From assembly GCA_951406725.2 (NCBI GenBank), contig OX597822.1, positions 41,850,001 through 41,914,000 on the forward strand: a stretch of 64,000 bases of DNA, read 5' to 3'. This stretch comes from Octopus vulgaris (lineage: Eukaryota). Below the pieces are notes generated by a model, which worked only from the letters and a program-made list of their open reading frames with translations, was not told the origin of the DNA and did not search any database. The translations under genes were made by a program, and so were the position numbers. This document shows, one piece after another, positions 1 to 11,884 of the stretch (positions within the stretch are counted from its first letter, which is position 1; every line of letters begins with the position of its first letter).

Positions 1-139
1 GTGGTTGGCGTTAGGAAAGGTATCCAGCTGTAGAAACTCTGCCAGATCAGATTGGAGTCTGGTGCAGCCATCTGGCTCACCAGACCTCAGTCAAATCGTC
101 CAACATGGAAAGCGGACATTAAGCGATGATGATGATGAT
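1..139 (+). mobile_element. RTE-type LINE 3' tail (family D) ending in (GAT)n
   Basis: GTGGTTGGCGTTAGGAA.GG.ATCCAGCTGTAGAAAC...CATGGAAAGCGGACATTAA followed by (GAT)n. The same tail recurs at about 2190-2415, 5690-5860, 31195-31335, 33440-33740 and 41215-41410. Confidence 0.75.
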
Positions 140-145
140 ATATAT

Positions 146-509
146 AACAAAAATGCATCTGGAGAAAATCACATCTTTAATTGTAGATTTCACCTTACAA
201 AGCAGACAGTTGTTTTTATTGTGTTAACTTATTTAGGTATAGAAAATATCATTGAAATTGATATTTCCAAAAATACATGTTAACATATTGTTTTCAAGGT
301 AATCCAAAATTAGTTAAATAAAAAGTGCACTTTGAATTTAATCAATTTTGGATCACCTTGAAAACATTGTGTTAACATTTATTTTCGGATATATTAATTT
401 CAATGACATTTTCTATATCTAAATGTGTTACCACAATAAAATCAATTGTTGGCTTTGTAAGGTGAATTTTACAATTAAAGATGTGGTTTTCTCCATATGT
501 ATTTTTGTT
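146..509. repeat. Spacer-less palindrome (foldback) with 182-bp arms
   Basis: Arms 146-327 and 328-509 are reverse complements centred on AAAGTG|CACTTT. About 25 mismatches by manual count and no indels. Confidence 0.9.
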
Positions 510-678
510 GTCTAATACTCTGATTTTCTCGAAATGCTTCTAAATGATATTTGGACCTACTACTTGTCCTACATGAGGATGTGTTTCCTACTTGCATTTC
601 TTGGTATCTCATTGTTGGATATAGTTAACCAAATTCATTTAAAATTGAGTGCTTTATTGATATCTACCTGGATTTTTT

Positions 679-888
679 GGGGCAAGTGTCTTCTACTATA
701 GCCTTGTGAGTGGATTTGGTGGACAGAAGCTGAAAGAAGCCCATCATATATGTATATATATGTGTGTGTTTGTGTGGCCATGTCGTAAGAAGCCTGCTTC
801 CCAACCACATGGTTCTAGGTTCATTTCCACTGCATTCAGTCCCATACGGACGCTAAACGATGATGATGATGATGATGATGATGATGAT
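679..888 (+). mobile_element. Fragments of tRNA-derived SINE family A plus an RTE-tail end
   Basis: GGGCAAGTGTCTTCTACTATAGCC...GTGAGTGGATTTGGT, then a second head fragment (CTTCCCAACCACATGGTTC), then GGACGCTAAAC(GAT)n. Confidence 0.7.
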
Positions 889-889
889 A

Positions 890-939
<50 letters not shown>

Positions 940-1040
940 GGGGTGGGATTCGCTACACACACACACACATATATATACTGTTTAAATGAGGTTTAATAAA
1001 CAGGTAAATATAACACTACCTTTTCTAATTTATTTTCCAG

Positions 1041-1103
1041 GTGAGTGATACTACAGAACATTCTTCAGTATTTGAAGAAACCAGTCCCCATTTTATTGGT
1101 CAG
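1041..1103 (+). CDS. Candidate 63-nt internal exon (VSDTTEHSSVFEETSPHFIGQ), host gene unknown
   Basis: Pyrimidine tract and acceptor TTTTCTAATTTATTTTCCAG before 1041; donor CAG|GTAAGG after 1103. Length is 21 codons and only phase 0 is open. Unique sequence, no protein family recognised. Confidence 0.4.
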
Positions 1104-1549
1104 GTAAGGGGATTCTGTTTACTCTTGTTGTCTCCAATCCATTCAACTGTCTCTTGTTATAACGACAGGGCTGAAAAAAAGTTACTTGTGCCTACACATT
1201 TTTACATTCCTTTCTATCAAACTGCACACACCTTTACCACTTATTTTACATACCTTTACATATACCCAGATTAAGTTTTTGCAAGTGTCTATTGATAACT
1301 GGAAGCCATCAGTTATATTTTCAAAGCTTAAAAAGATAAATATATATGAAATTAATGGCGTTTAAGATTTAAACAGCTGCTTTATATAATTTCTTGGAAA
1401 GTAATTTTTCCAATACATCAATTAAATTGTGAGTTCTTGATGTCCTCAAGAGCATCATTATCTAAATCATTAATTCTCATTAAAAATGGTATGGAAGACA
1501 ATCCAGAATTTGAATCAAAATTGGACTATAACAAGGAGTGAATCTAATC

Positions 1550-1696
1550 CAGGCATAGGCAACCTTTTTTCAGAAGTAAGCCACCTGAGACACAGCTAAA
1601 CATCAAGTGGGCCTTTATGCTAAAAAAAAGTGATGGTTATTTTTCATTAGGCATGCTATTCAGAAAGACCCATGGGTCACACTTAGCCCATGACCG
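1550..1696. mobile_element. hAT-like MITE relic
   Basis: Ends CAGGCATAGGCAACC ... TTAGCCCATGACCG with imperfect 8-bp flanks ATCTAATC/GTCTAATA. It interrupts one arm of the 1500-2110 inverted repeat. Confidence 0.5.
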
Positions 1697-1722
1697 GTCT
1701 AATATCAACAGTAAGAGTAACA

Positions 1723-1765
1723 ACTCTAGACATGTTTAAGTCTTATTAAACCTCATCAGTAAAAT
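1723..1765 (-). ncRNA. Degenerate minimal hammerhead ribozyme motif (Penelope-like)
   Basis: Minus strand reads ATTTTA CTGATGA GGTTTAATAAGACT TAAA CATGTC TAGAGT. The GAAA box is mutated and helix III is the palindrome ACATGT. Confidence 0.5.
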
Positions 1766-2001
1766 GTACAGAATTAGTCATTTGGGTAATGATTGTGCTC
1801 AAAGTTATAATTTTGAAAAACAAGTTTTTGTCTTACCTTCAAGCATGGCAGCACTCACTTTAAAGTTATGTTTTCATGCAGACTGTATCTCAGATATTTT
1901 CCTCCAGCCTTCTAAACTACAAAACACCGCAGTTTTTATTGAAAAACACACCTGTACACTTCTTTAGTTAATCTAAGATTCAACAGTCACAGTTACACTA
2001 C

Positions 2002-2044
2002 ATTTTACTGATGAGACTGAATAAGGCCAAGACCTGTCTGAAGT
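2002..2044 (+). ncRNA. Degenerate minimal hammerhead motif, inverted copy of 1723-1765
   Basis: ATTTTA CTGATGA GACTGAATAAGGCC AAGA CCTGTC TGAAGT; colinear with the minus-strand copy. Confidence 0.45.
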
Positions 2045-3081
2045 TGTTGCCCTTATTACCATGGACTAGATTCACTCTTTCATTGCAGACTGATTTTAAT
2101 TAGATTTGATTAACACTTTTTGGTTTTTTCTCCTGCTATTTTTACCAGAATTGGGTTGTAAAGCACATGTGCTAATTCCACATAAAAAGCACCCATGCTA
2201 GCACCATGCAAAAAGCTCCTGAGCTGGCACCACATAAAAAGCACCCAGTACACTCTGTAAAGTGGTTAGTGTTAGAAAAGACACTCAGCCATAGAAACCA
2301 TACCAAAACAAATGACCAGAGCCTGGTGCAGCCCTCCTGACTTTGCCAACTTCTGTCAAACTGTCCAACCCATGCCAGCATGGAAAACAGACATTAAATC
2401 ATGATGATAATGATGTTTCTTGGCTTACAATAATATCAAGTATACTATCACATTACTCTACTCTGCTATTGAGTTTTCTGCCTTAGGCATCCCTAGGTAA
2501 TTTCTGCTAGTGAAGGCTCAGTAGCAGCTGTAGAATGTGGCTGCTGATGATGATGGCAACAACAGCATTGACAACATTCACATTCCCTGTTTTCACCCCA
2601 CATAGTCCAGGCTCTGAAAAAGAGAAGGACAGAGAACCCAAAGAGGCCTTCAGTGTTGACATATGTCTGGGAGAGGTGTAATGGAAGAGGATTTTAATGG
2701 TAAGCAAGTATTTATAGTGGGGTGGTGATTGACAGCTTGTCAATCATTGGCCAGTGGTGGTGGAGGTGAGGATCGGTTGGTGATATTTATATGTGGTCTA
2801 AAATAGTAGTTCCTAACCTTTTTTAAGCCCATGGCCCCATCCTACCCCATTTTGAAATCTTCAATCTTTCTCTACTTCAGTTTTGTAATAAACTAGAAAC
2901 AGGCCAGTTTTGAAAACAATTTTAAATCTTTAATAAAATTAAAATTTTTTAATTTATAAAATTTTAAATATTGTTTTAAATTAGCTTTATTATCATAAAA
3001 TTTATTTCTATGAATAGTTAAGAATTGATAATTTGAAATGAAAATTCTTTAAACAAAAATTTATCATAAGCATTATTAAGT

Positions 3082-3260
3082 GCAGGTGTAGCTATGTGGT
3101 AAGAAGTTTGCTTCCCAACAACATGGTTCCAGGTTCAGTCCCTCTGTATAGCACCTTGGGTAACTTCCTTCTACTATAGCCCCAGGGCTGGCCAAAGTCT
3201 TGTGAGTTGATTTTTTTTTGAAACTGAAAGAAGCCTATCATGTATGTGTGTGTGTGTATG
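3082..3260 (+). mobile_element. SINE family A, 5' half
   Basis: GCAGGTGTAGCTATGTGGTAAG (A-box-like) ... GGTTCAGTCCC (B-box-like) ... GAAACTGAAAGAAGCC. Confidence 0.8.
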
Positions 3261-3277
3261 GCTGTGTATCTTTATGC

Positions 3278-3565
3278 TTATTTAAGGATGATGAATGAAA
3301 CATCATTTCCAGAGGTGAATTACCCAAACTCCAAATGATCCCTCTCAACACATGGCTATGATGTTTCCCCACATGATCCGAAATGCACATATCATCAGTC
3401 ACTAAGAGAGATGCTCAAGTGGTTAGGATCAAACAACTGACAAACAAATCTGCATACTGAGCGGAATATTGGCTGTAACCCATCATGTACATGATAACAC
3501 TTCCAATCAGTTAAGATCAGAAGCCATAAGAGCTACCGCCTAGTACTGCATTAGAGTATGTTATT
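3278..3565 (+). mobile_element. Retroposon 3' fragment (family F)
   Basis: Matches the reverse complement of 54655-54970 (CTCTCAACACATGGCTATGATG...AATCAGTTAAGATCAGAAGCCAT). Confidence 0.7.
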
Positions 3566-3573
3566 GTTGTTGT

Positions 3574-3780
3574 TGGCAGAATCATTAGGACACCAGACAA
3601 AATGCTTAGCAGCTTTGCCACCAGCTTTATGTTCTGAGTTCAAATGCTATCAAAGCGTGATTTGGCTTTTCATCTTGCAGAGGAGAATAAAATAAGTATC
3701 AGTTGAGTACAGGGATCAATGTAATCAACTCTGCCCTCCACTAAAAATGTCAGGTTTTGTGCCTATAGTAGAAAGAATCA
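3574..3780 (+). mobile_element. SINE family B
   Basis: TGGCAGAATCATTAG...TTCTGAGTTCAAAT...GTGCCTATAGTAGAAAGAAT; homologous to 52513-52745. Confidence 0.75.
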
Positions 3781-3944
3781 TGGAGAAGTGGTTATAGTTA
3801 ATTAAACTAATTCCAGTGTTTGACTGGTGCCCTTATTTCATCTGTTTTGGAATGATGAATGGTTAAGATAACCTCAGCAGAACATAACAGGCTGTAACTA
3901 AATACAGCAATGAAATTTGTCTGACACTACTAACAAAAATCTCT

Positions 3945-4360
3945 TAAACATAAAACTTCTTGTTGAAACAAGCTCCTGAAAATACCTTTCTATTATTGAA
4001 AAGACATGATCCTGAAAACAGAAGCCTTTCTAGGAACAACATCTCTAAAATATAAGACCTATTATTGAAAGGACAAGATCCCTAAAACATAAGCCTTTCT
4101 ATTATTGAAGAGACAAGATCCCAAAAATATAAGCCCTTCTTTTATTGAAGGGACATGATCCTGAAAACAGAAGCCTTTCTACTATTGTAGGAACAACATT
4201 TCTAAAATATAAGACCTATTATTGAAAGGGCAAAATCCCTGAAAAGCATAAGGCCTTTTACATTTATAGTAACAAGATCCTTAAAACATAAGCCTTTCTA
4301 TTGTTCTAAAATATAAGACCTAAAGGACAGAATCCATAAAACAGAAGAGTTTCTATTCCT
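3945..4360. repeat. Degenerate minisatellite, unit about 38-40 bp
   Basis: About 10 variants of AAACATAAGCCTTTCTATTATTGAAGGGACAAGATCC. Confidence 0.85.
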
Positions 4361-5964
4361 CACAGTTCAAATTATTCCACATTCCATAAACCCTCTTTTC
4401 CATTAATTTTTGCTGTTACAGGCCCTCACCACTTTCCTCTAAAGTAAACCTGTCTGTTATGTGCCCCTGTCTCCCTCTTCTCTTCTCCCACCTCTCTCTC
4501 TTTCTCTCTACAAGTCATTCATGGATCTCTAAATACCTCAGGCCCTTTTCTTCACCTCTACTTTTGTCTGTCTCTAATCTCTCCTCACTTTAGTTAACTC
4601 TCCCCCTCTCTCCACAAATGCTACTGTCTCTCTCTTCACCCTCTACTCTAGCTAACTTTACTCTTCCCTTTACTACTACTACTACTACTACTACTACAGT
4701 TTGTCTATGCTCTCCCTAGCTGCCCCACTCACCTTATCCCACCCCTACAGCAGGATAAACATAACATTGTTTACACTGAACATTTAGCACTAAAGTTTGG
4801 ATGCAGCTATTGGTGGTGGTGGTGGTGGTGGTGGTGGCTTTATGTTGTGGTAATGGTTGTTTGGTTATGGTTGGGGTGTGATTGATCATGGTTAAGATGA
4901 CAGCTATGATCCTCCATCTTGATCACCACTACCTTCACTATCATTTAGCTTTGTGGTGGAGGTGGTGACTGTTGCTATAGTAATAGTTGTGATGCTAGAA
5001 ACCAAAACAACATTTGACAACTACAAGTGTCTACCAGCTGTTTTACTGAGATTGCAGAAATTTAGAGAGTTCTCTCTCTTGATCTTTTGATATAAATTTT
5101 CATTAACACTAATCACGTTTCTTCTCATTAAAGTTATGATATTTCATTTGATTAAAAATTACTTTCATCTCACCACTTTCTGTATCTTTTATCATTTACT
5201 TGATTCAGTGATTAGGCTACAACCATACTGGGGGCCCCACCTTGAATGGTTTTAGTCAGTGATTAACTGGACACACGTATATGTATATAAATATGCAAGC
5301 TATACACACATCTAAAAAAAATTAGCATGTGGTAACTGGCATGTAAATCTAATAGTCAAAAATTTAACAAAACAAAAAAAAAATCTACATCAGACTGTTG
5401 ATGTAGAAGGCTAGTGGTCATAAAACCTTTGACAGAAAAGGTTGACAAGAATTTGACCAGTATATAAGATACATCAGAAATGCCAAATACATTCAATTCT
5501 TGAAAATGAGACTGTGAAGTTCAAGAAACATTGAATATGTATTTAAGAATTTTATTGTTCCAGACAAGTTGTAAAAAAACTAATACGAAAATACCAAAAA
5601 AAAAAACCCTACAATTAAAAACATGACTCTCCAACACAGTCACTTATTGATTAAAACATATACATACACACACACATATACATAGGCACATTGTAAAGTG
5701 GTTGGCATTAGGAAGGGCATCCAGTTGTGGAAACCATGGCAAAGCTGATATTAGAGCTCAACAGGGCCCTGTGGCTTGCTGAATCCTGTCAAACCATCCG
5801 ACCCATGTCAGCATAGAAAAACGGACAGCCGTTAAATGATGATGATGATGATGATGATGATATTGGTGTATATATATGTGTGTGTATGGCTCTATCATTG
5901 TCCATTTGTCTCCATGTATGTGTGTGTATATGTGTGTGTGTTGCTGCCTTCCCTCACTCTCTTC

Positions 5965-6000
<36 letters not shown>

Positions 6001-7329
6001 ATGCACGCGCTGTTTCAATATCAACATTACAGACATACTTTACCCTAATCATTACTGCTATTGACCTTAGGGGTAGATGGATAGGGTAGATCTACCTACT
6101 CCCTCCCTCCCTCCCTCTCTCTCTCTCTCTCTCTCATATATACATAAAACAAGTGTGTACGTGTGTGCTTGCATGTATGTATGTTAATCTAACCCATCTC
6201 TTTATGCTTGTCTCTGTGTCTATATCTCTAAATACATTTCCCAGCCTATCCCTCTTCCTCTGTCTCAGTCTCCCTGTCTCTCTGTCTGTCTGTGTATATT
6301 TTTCTAAACCCCTACTGATCAGAATTCCTCTGATGCCGGTAGTGGTGGCGGTGGTGGTGGTGGTTGTAGTGGTACAGGATTATTACAGGCTGGTGTAGGC
6401 AGCAGTAATGATAGTATTGGGTATAGTAGAGGTGTCAGTGTGAATGATGATGTTACAGCATCAGTGGTAGTGTAGGTGAGGGTAACGTTAGTAGTGGTGG
6501 TGATGTTTCTACCATAGTGACGGTAATGTTGGAGGTGATGGTGCTTGTAGCACTGACATCAACACCACTGCCACCATCATCCCTACTACTTTCATCATCA
6601 CCACCTCCATCATCATCATCATTACCACTATGCTTATCATCACCACAATCATCACTATCACCACCATTATCACCACCACCATCATTACCATCACTACCAC
6701 CACCATCACTACCACCATCACCACTACCGCCCTCTCTCTGTCTACACTTCCAGTAAGATAACACCAAATAATTTAATTTCTTGTTGATCTTTTTGATGCT
6801 GTCTACTTAACAAAACATTCGTAAAACAGAAAAAAACACAGCAGGTTCAATCCCAAGTGACAGCAGCTGAGATTACAGTTAATTTAACCATCACTATCAC
6901 ACTTGGTGGGACAAGGTTGGCTTCATTAAATTACATGTGTTGCCTATGTTATATTGTAGTTTAAGTGGCTGAGTACTCCACAAACATATGTATCTGTGTT
7001 GTAAATATCTGCCAAACTCAGCATGACAACAGTGAATCTCCATTGAAAAGGCTTCCACACAGTTTCCACCTAGCTGATTACATGTACAATGTTTGGGTTG
7101 ATATGGGATTATGAGAGAACTTAGTCCACTTCTCTGTGGGACTGAACCTGGAACTACATCATTGCAAATAGAACTCTTTAACTATTTAGCTTTACTTGCA
7201 CACTGCATATACACACACATATGCATATGCATAAACATAAATTTGCTCATATACACAATACATACATATACACACACAGCGCAGCACACACACACACATA
7301 CATACACGCAAGCTATTGAAGGAATCTTG

Positions 7330-7452
7330 ACATGGTTCCAGGTTCAGTCCCACTGCGTGGCATCTTGGGCAAGTGTCTTCTGCTATAGCCTCGGGCCGAC
7401 CAATGCCTTGTGAGTGGATTTGGTAGACGGAAACTGAAAGAAGCCTGTCGTG

Positions 7453-7501
<49 letters not shown>

Positions 7502-7700
7502 ATGTGTTTGTGTGTCGCTCTAGCATTGCTTGACAACCAATGCTGTTGTGTTTACGTCCCCGTCACTTAGCGGTTTGGCAAAAGAGACCGATAGAATAAG
7601 TACTGGGCTTAGAAAGAATAAGTCCCGGGGTCGATTTGCTCGACTAAAGGCGGTGCGCCAGCATGGCCGCAGTCAAATGACTGAAACAAGTAAAAGAGTA
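7330..7700 (+). mobile_element. SINE family A, 5'-truncated and CpG-rich
   Basis: CATGGTTCCAGGTTCAGTCCCACTGCGTGG...internal (TA)n(TG)n...CCAGCATGGCCGCAGTCAAATGACTGAAACAAGTAAAAGAG. Confidence 0.9.
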
Positions 7701-7711
7701 TAGTTGTTCCA

Positions 7712-7886
7712 GATGCCAGAAATAACAGCAAAATCTTTCCCAAATCACACCCTCCTCTATTAAAGAAGGACACGTTGGAGACTGTGGTCCTAGGCTCCCT
7801 CTGCATATAAGAAAAACATGGGTTGGTCATGGCTGGGGAACAGATCATAAATTTACTTTCTCAGGACTGATCTGAGGCTAAACAAC
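7712..7886 (-). mobile_element. Old dispersed repeat (family E)
   Basis: Ends in CTGATCTGAGGCTAAACAAC. Related copies lie at about 12745-12917, 28680-28835, 35013-35190, 49170-49360, 58505-58700 and 61695-61872. Confidence 0.6.
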
Positions 7887-8334
7887 ACAGAATACAGACA
7901 GACATACCTCTAGTACGTACGCACACATACACATTACAATGGATGTATACACACATGCATACTACAATGCATGTATACATATACACAGCCCCTATATGTG
8001 GAGACACCAATATAAGAGGATTACTGAAGACATTACTGACATTGAAAGTTACACTATTTACATAGTCAGTCATCACATCCAGGAAGGGGTGAGAGGAGAG
8101 GAGGCGGTTAAGCTACATATGGCCCTCCCTCCTCCCCATTCTCTTTCCTACACAATATCACATACTGTTGTAACCACTAACTCCCATGAAGGAAGAGGAG
8201 GAAACATCCATTGATGTGATACCTCTTTCAGTTATCCCTACTTTCAACTAGGACCCCTTTACTTCCCACTGGAATGTGACCTCTACAATGACCCTTTCTT
8301 CTGCTGTTTGACAATCTACAGTTCTTGAAGGCAA

Positions 8335-8635
8335 CCTAGGGTATTCAGCTCATGATCTTATGATCATGAGTTCAATTTCTGGCAATTGTCCTTGAGCAAG
8401 ACATTTTATTTTTCATGTTGCTCTGGTCCACTCAGCTGTAGAAATGGGCTGTACCTATAGCTCAATAGGCCAGCCTTGTCACCCTTGGTGAATCATGTTG
8501 AATCTCCCTGAGAACTACTTTGAGAGTATGCATTCTCTGGAGCGCTCAGCCACTTTCACATTAATTTCATGAGAAGGTTGTTCCATTGATCATATCAACT
8601 GGAACATCCATCATCATAACTGACAGTGAACCAGG
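8335..8635 (+). mobile_element. tRNA-derived SINE related to family C
   Basis: GAGTTCAATTTCTGG...CCTTGAGCAAGACATTTTATTTTTCATGTTGCTCTGGTCCACTCAGCTGTAGAAATG is shared with 17542-17878, but the tail differs. Confidence 0.7.
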
Positions 8636-10599
8636 CCAAATATGTACTGTTGAGATGGCTATCCTGGAATAGTAGCATAAACTGAGAAGAGAATGTGCTG
8701 AGAGGGCGATGCCAGGTTGAAGAGAAAGAACAAGCAACAGGGCAGAAGAGTTGTGAAGCAATGTATGTGAGTAGCAAGGGAAAGAGATGAGCAAAACCAA
8801 GAATGAAAATATAAAATATCAGTGAGTAGTAAAATAAAAAAAAAATTACTGCATGGTTGGAATGGATACAGCTGCTCTTAGTTTAGTGTGGTGGTTCTGT
8901 GGATGATGGAGGAGAAAGCATTCCACGGTGTGGGCCAAAATGACTGATACATACAGTGGTAGCTTCAGTGTTGTTTGGTACCACTAACAGGAGCAATGTT
9001 ATCAGAAGGTGATGAAGTAGTTATCATCTCCAGTTGGCAGCTGATGAATGGAGTATCCCATCATGCAAGTTGTGGGTAGAATATATATGATGCTTAACAT
9101 ATGCTCTGCATCACTCACTTACATACACACACATACACGTGTGTGTGTGTGTGTGTGTGTGAAGCAGGCATATGAAAAGAGCTTAAAATATGAAGGACTG
9201 AGGGTATCATTTGATGTACAAGGATGGCAGTTTGCAGTGCTTTCAGTAGAGATGGGATGTCAAAGGTTTGCAATTAGAATTACAAAGTCTTACATGGCTG
9301 GCTTTGGACTAAGAAAAGTAGTAAATCAGTGATTTATCAACTGTAGAGGGAATTACAAAATACTTCACTATGGATACATCAGAAATATCTGAAAGAAAGA
9401 CTAAAACTACGAGTAAGGACCAAATCCCAAGTAAGTTGGAAACCAGAAATATAACAGGAAGGTAAAAACAATCTGCTATGATAATGGCCTGAAGGAAGTC
9501 AGAGATTCCCCAGTAGTATTAATGCTGTTTAGGGTTGCTTGAGAAAAGGTGCCAAAACCTAATGATCCCCAGTTGATGAACTGAATGACCTGCAATGCAA
9601 GAGTTATCTTATTGATTTATATATCATCATCATTGTTTTTATATATACTTTCAATGCTCACATGTGTTAAATGGGTCTTTGCTGCTCTCCCACATGGTAG
9701 GAAAACCACATCCCGTAAGTTTCATTTCTTTGGCATCGTTTCTATAACTTGGTACCCTTCCTAACACCAACCAGTTTACAGAGTGTATTTTACTGTAGTA
9801 AAATACACTCTGTAAACTGTAAATAGGCACATTTTACTGTAGTACCTTCACTAGAGGTAATTGGAGTGAGAGAGTGAATGGTGGATATTAATACCAAATG
9901 GCCATGTGAGGGGTATAGTTAGAGAGTATGGAGTACATGACATATCTGATGAGGTCCCTTATGAAAATACTACAAGGTAGATGAGAGAGAGAGGGATAGG
10001 ATCGTAAGTATGAAAGAGGGCGGGGTAAAGTGTTGGAGAAAGGATTGGATCTGTCCAATAGTGTACCCAGGTAGGCGGTAATATAAATATGGGGAACAGA
10101 AGAGATTCGTTGCCATTCTTAGTGACATCCACATGATGGTGCAGTGAGAGTGAAAAGGGATGAGAGTGATCAAAGGATGAGCATTAGAAGTAGAGGCAGT
10201 AGAATCATTGGTGAGAGATAGGGGATGGAGAACGGTGATATGAGAGATAAAGGGATTTGTGGTAAGGGAGATGTTTGACAGAGGAGTAGGTGATTAGGAG
10301 TGTTTGGGAGATGAGATGCTATCAAAGAGGACAATGATGCAGACTTGACAGTATGCATATCTATCTTTCTATATCTCTCTTTTCCTCCCCTCCCTCTCTT
10401 TACACACACACACACACATGCATACATACATGTACAGACATATGCCTAATGTTGGATGTATGATATGTATTTTATATATATATATATATATATATACATA
10501 CACACACACACACAAAGTGGTGCTCCAGCAAGGCTGCTATCAAATGACTGAAGCAAATAAAATATGCACACATACGCACACACCATATTTACACAAATT

Positions 10600-11850
10600 G
10601 AACATCAGTTCCGCCATGTCTGGAAATTCTTCTGCAACACAGTTTATCACCAATCAACACAAGTCTTCTGACTTTTGTATGCGATGCAACTTCAGATCTG
10701 TCTTCATTACCTCCTCCCAAGTCTTCCTCTGTTTCTCTCTCTTCTAAAATTCCACTCACTTTTTGCAAATGACACTTGTTTACACAGCTGTCCTCCTCCT
10801 CCATACACACTCTATACCAACAACAATATCATCTTCTACATCTGAATCCTCTTGTGGTCAGTTTTGGTCAATGGATTTTTTTCTTCCCCCAGCTCATATG
10901 TACTGTCATTCATACATTAACATTACACGTCCAATGGAGCTTACTCACCTCATTTCTTCTAGTCTTTACCGGTCTTCTATCTCACTATCATACACAGATA
11001 TGTTATAATCTTTCCTTCACTCTGAAGAAAAAGCCATTTGTTGTTAGCAAAGATAACCTCCTGAACTTTTTCTAACCAGTTCTGTGCTCTCAGAACATCC
11101 ATCCTCACTGTTAATTAGATCTTCTTGGTAACAAAAGCTATTAACAACTGGGCATTAGACAAAAGCTATTAACAACTGGGCATTAGAGAAAAGCTCTTTC
11201 GCATGTGCACATATACTACATGTAAAGTCTACCTGCTCTATGAATCTACCTGTAATTCCATTCCATCTCTTGCATGTTCATGGAATTCTTACCTATTCTT
11301 TTACTACATACCAAGCATGGCCATTTCTCTGATGATGGCAAGATCCTGTCTTCTTCCCAACTTAATAATACATTTTCCTTAACTAAGTTCACTAAAAACT
11401 CTTGATTCTTGGGGAGAGGAATTCCTTCTTGTCAAGAACCACTTTCCTAATTCTACAAGAGATTCACTTATAAGAAATAGGTCAGCAAAAAGGAATTCCT
11501 ATGAGTAGCTTTTCTTAAACGTCTCTGTTATGGCTTGGAGGACTATAATATATATAGAAGGGGACTGAGGACTGAACCCTGGTGCACCCCTGATCTCAAT
11601 GCTGGATTCATCACTGTACTCATTACTAACTCTCTTACCTTGTTGATTGACATTCTGACAAGGCTTTTACAGCACTCAGAATCCATTTGTCTATTTCAAG
11701 CTTCCTTGATGACCACCAGATTAAAGAATAGGGATCCCTGTCAAAAGCCTTCTCTCAGTCAGCAAATGCCAAGTATAAAGTCTTATTCCTGGCTTGATAT
11801 TTTCTCCTGCAGCTGTATCACTACAAAGATGGTATTGGTCATACTTCTTC
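10600..11850 (-). pseudogene. Decayed RTE-clade LINE ORF2 (RT domain to C-terminus)
   Basis: Minus-strand remnants LYLAFAD.EKAFDR, GVHQGSVLSPLLYIIVLQAITE and C-terminal MEEEDSCVNKCH...RKTWEEVMKTDL, with many stops and frameshifts. Confidence 0.8.
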
Positions 11851-11884
11851 CTGGCTTATATAAGTATATATCGCTAGCCACTAC

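Noticed and set aside
2605-2699. Possible exon between CCCCACATAG and GTAAGC
   Set aside because: All three frames contain a stop before the donor.
3945-4360. Regularly spaced ~38-40-bp repeats resembling a CRISPR array (also 18365-18623 and 61071-61225)
   Set aside because: Units are contiguous with no unique spacers, there are no cas genes, and the context is eukaryotic. These are minisatellites.
6453-6767. Gly/Asp-rich and Pro/Ser-rich ORFs
   Set aside because: Trinucleotide low-complexity DNA that is open in several frames on both strands.
11131-11186. 28-bp direct duplication; also 14-bp x3 at about 26138-26178
   Set aside because: Ordinary slippage duplications within dead repeats.
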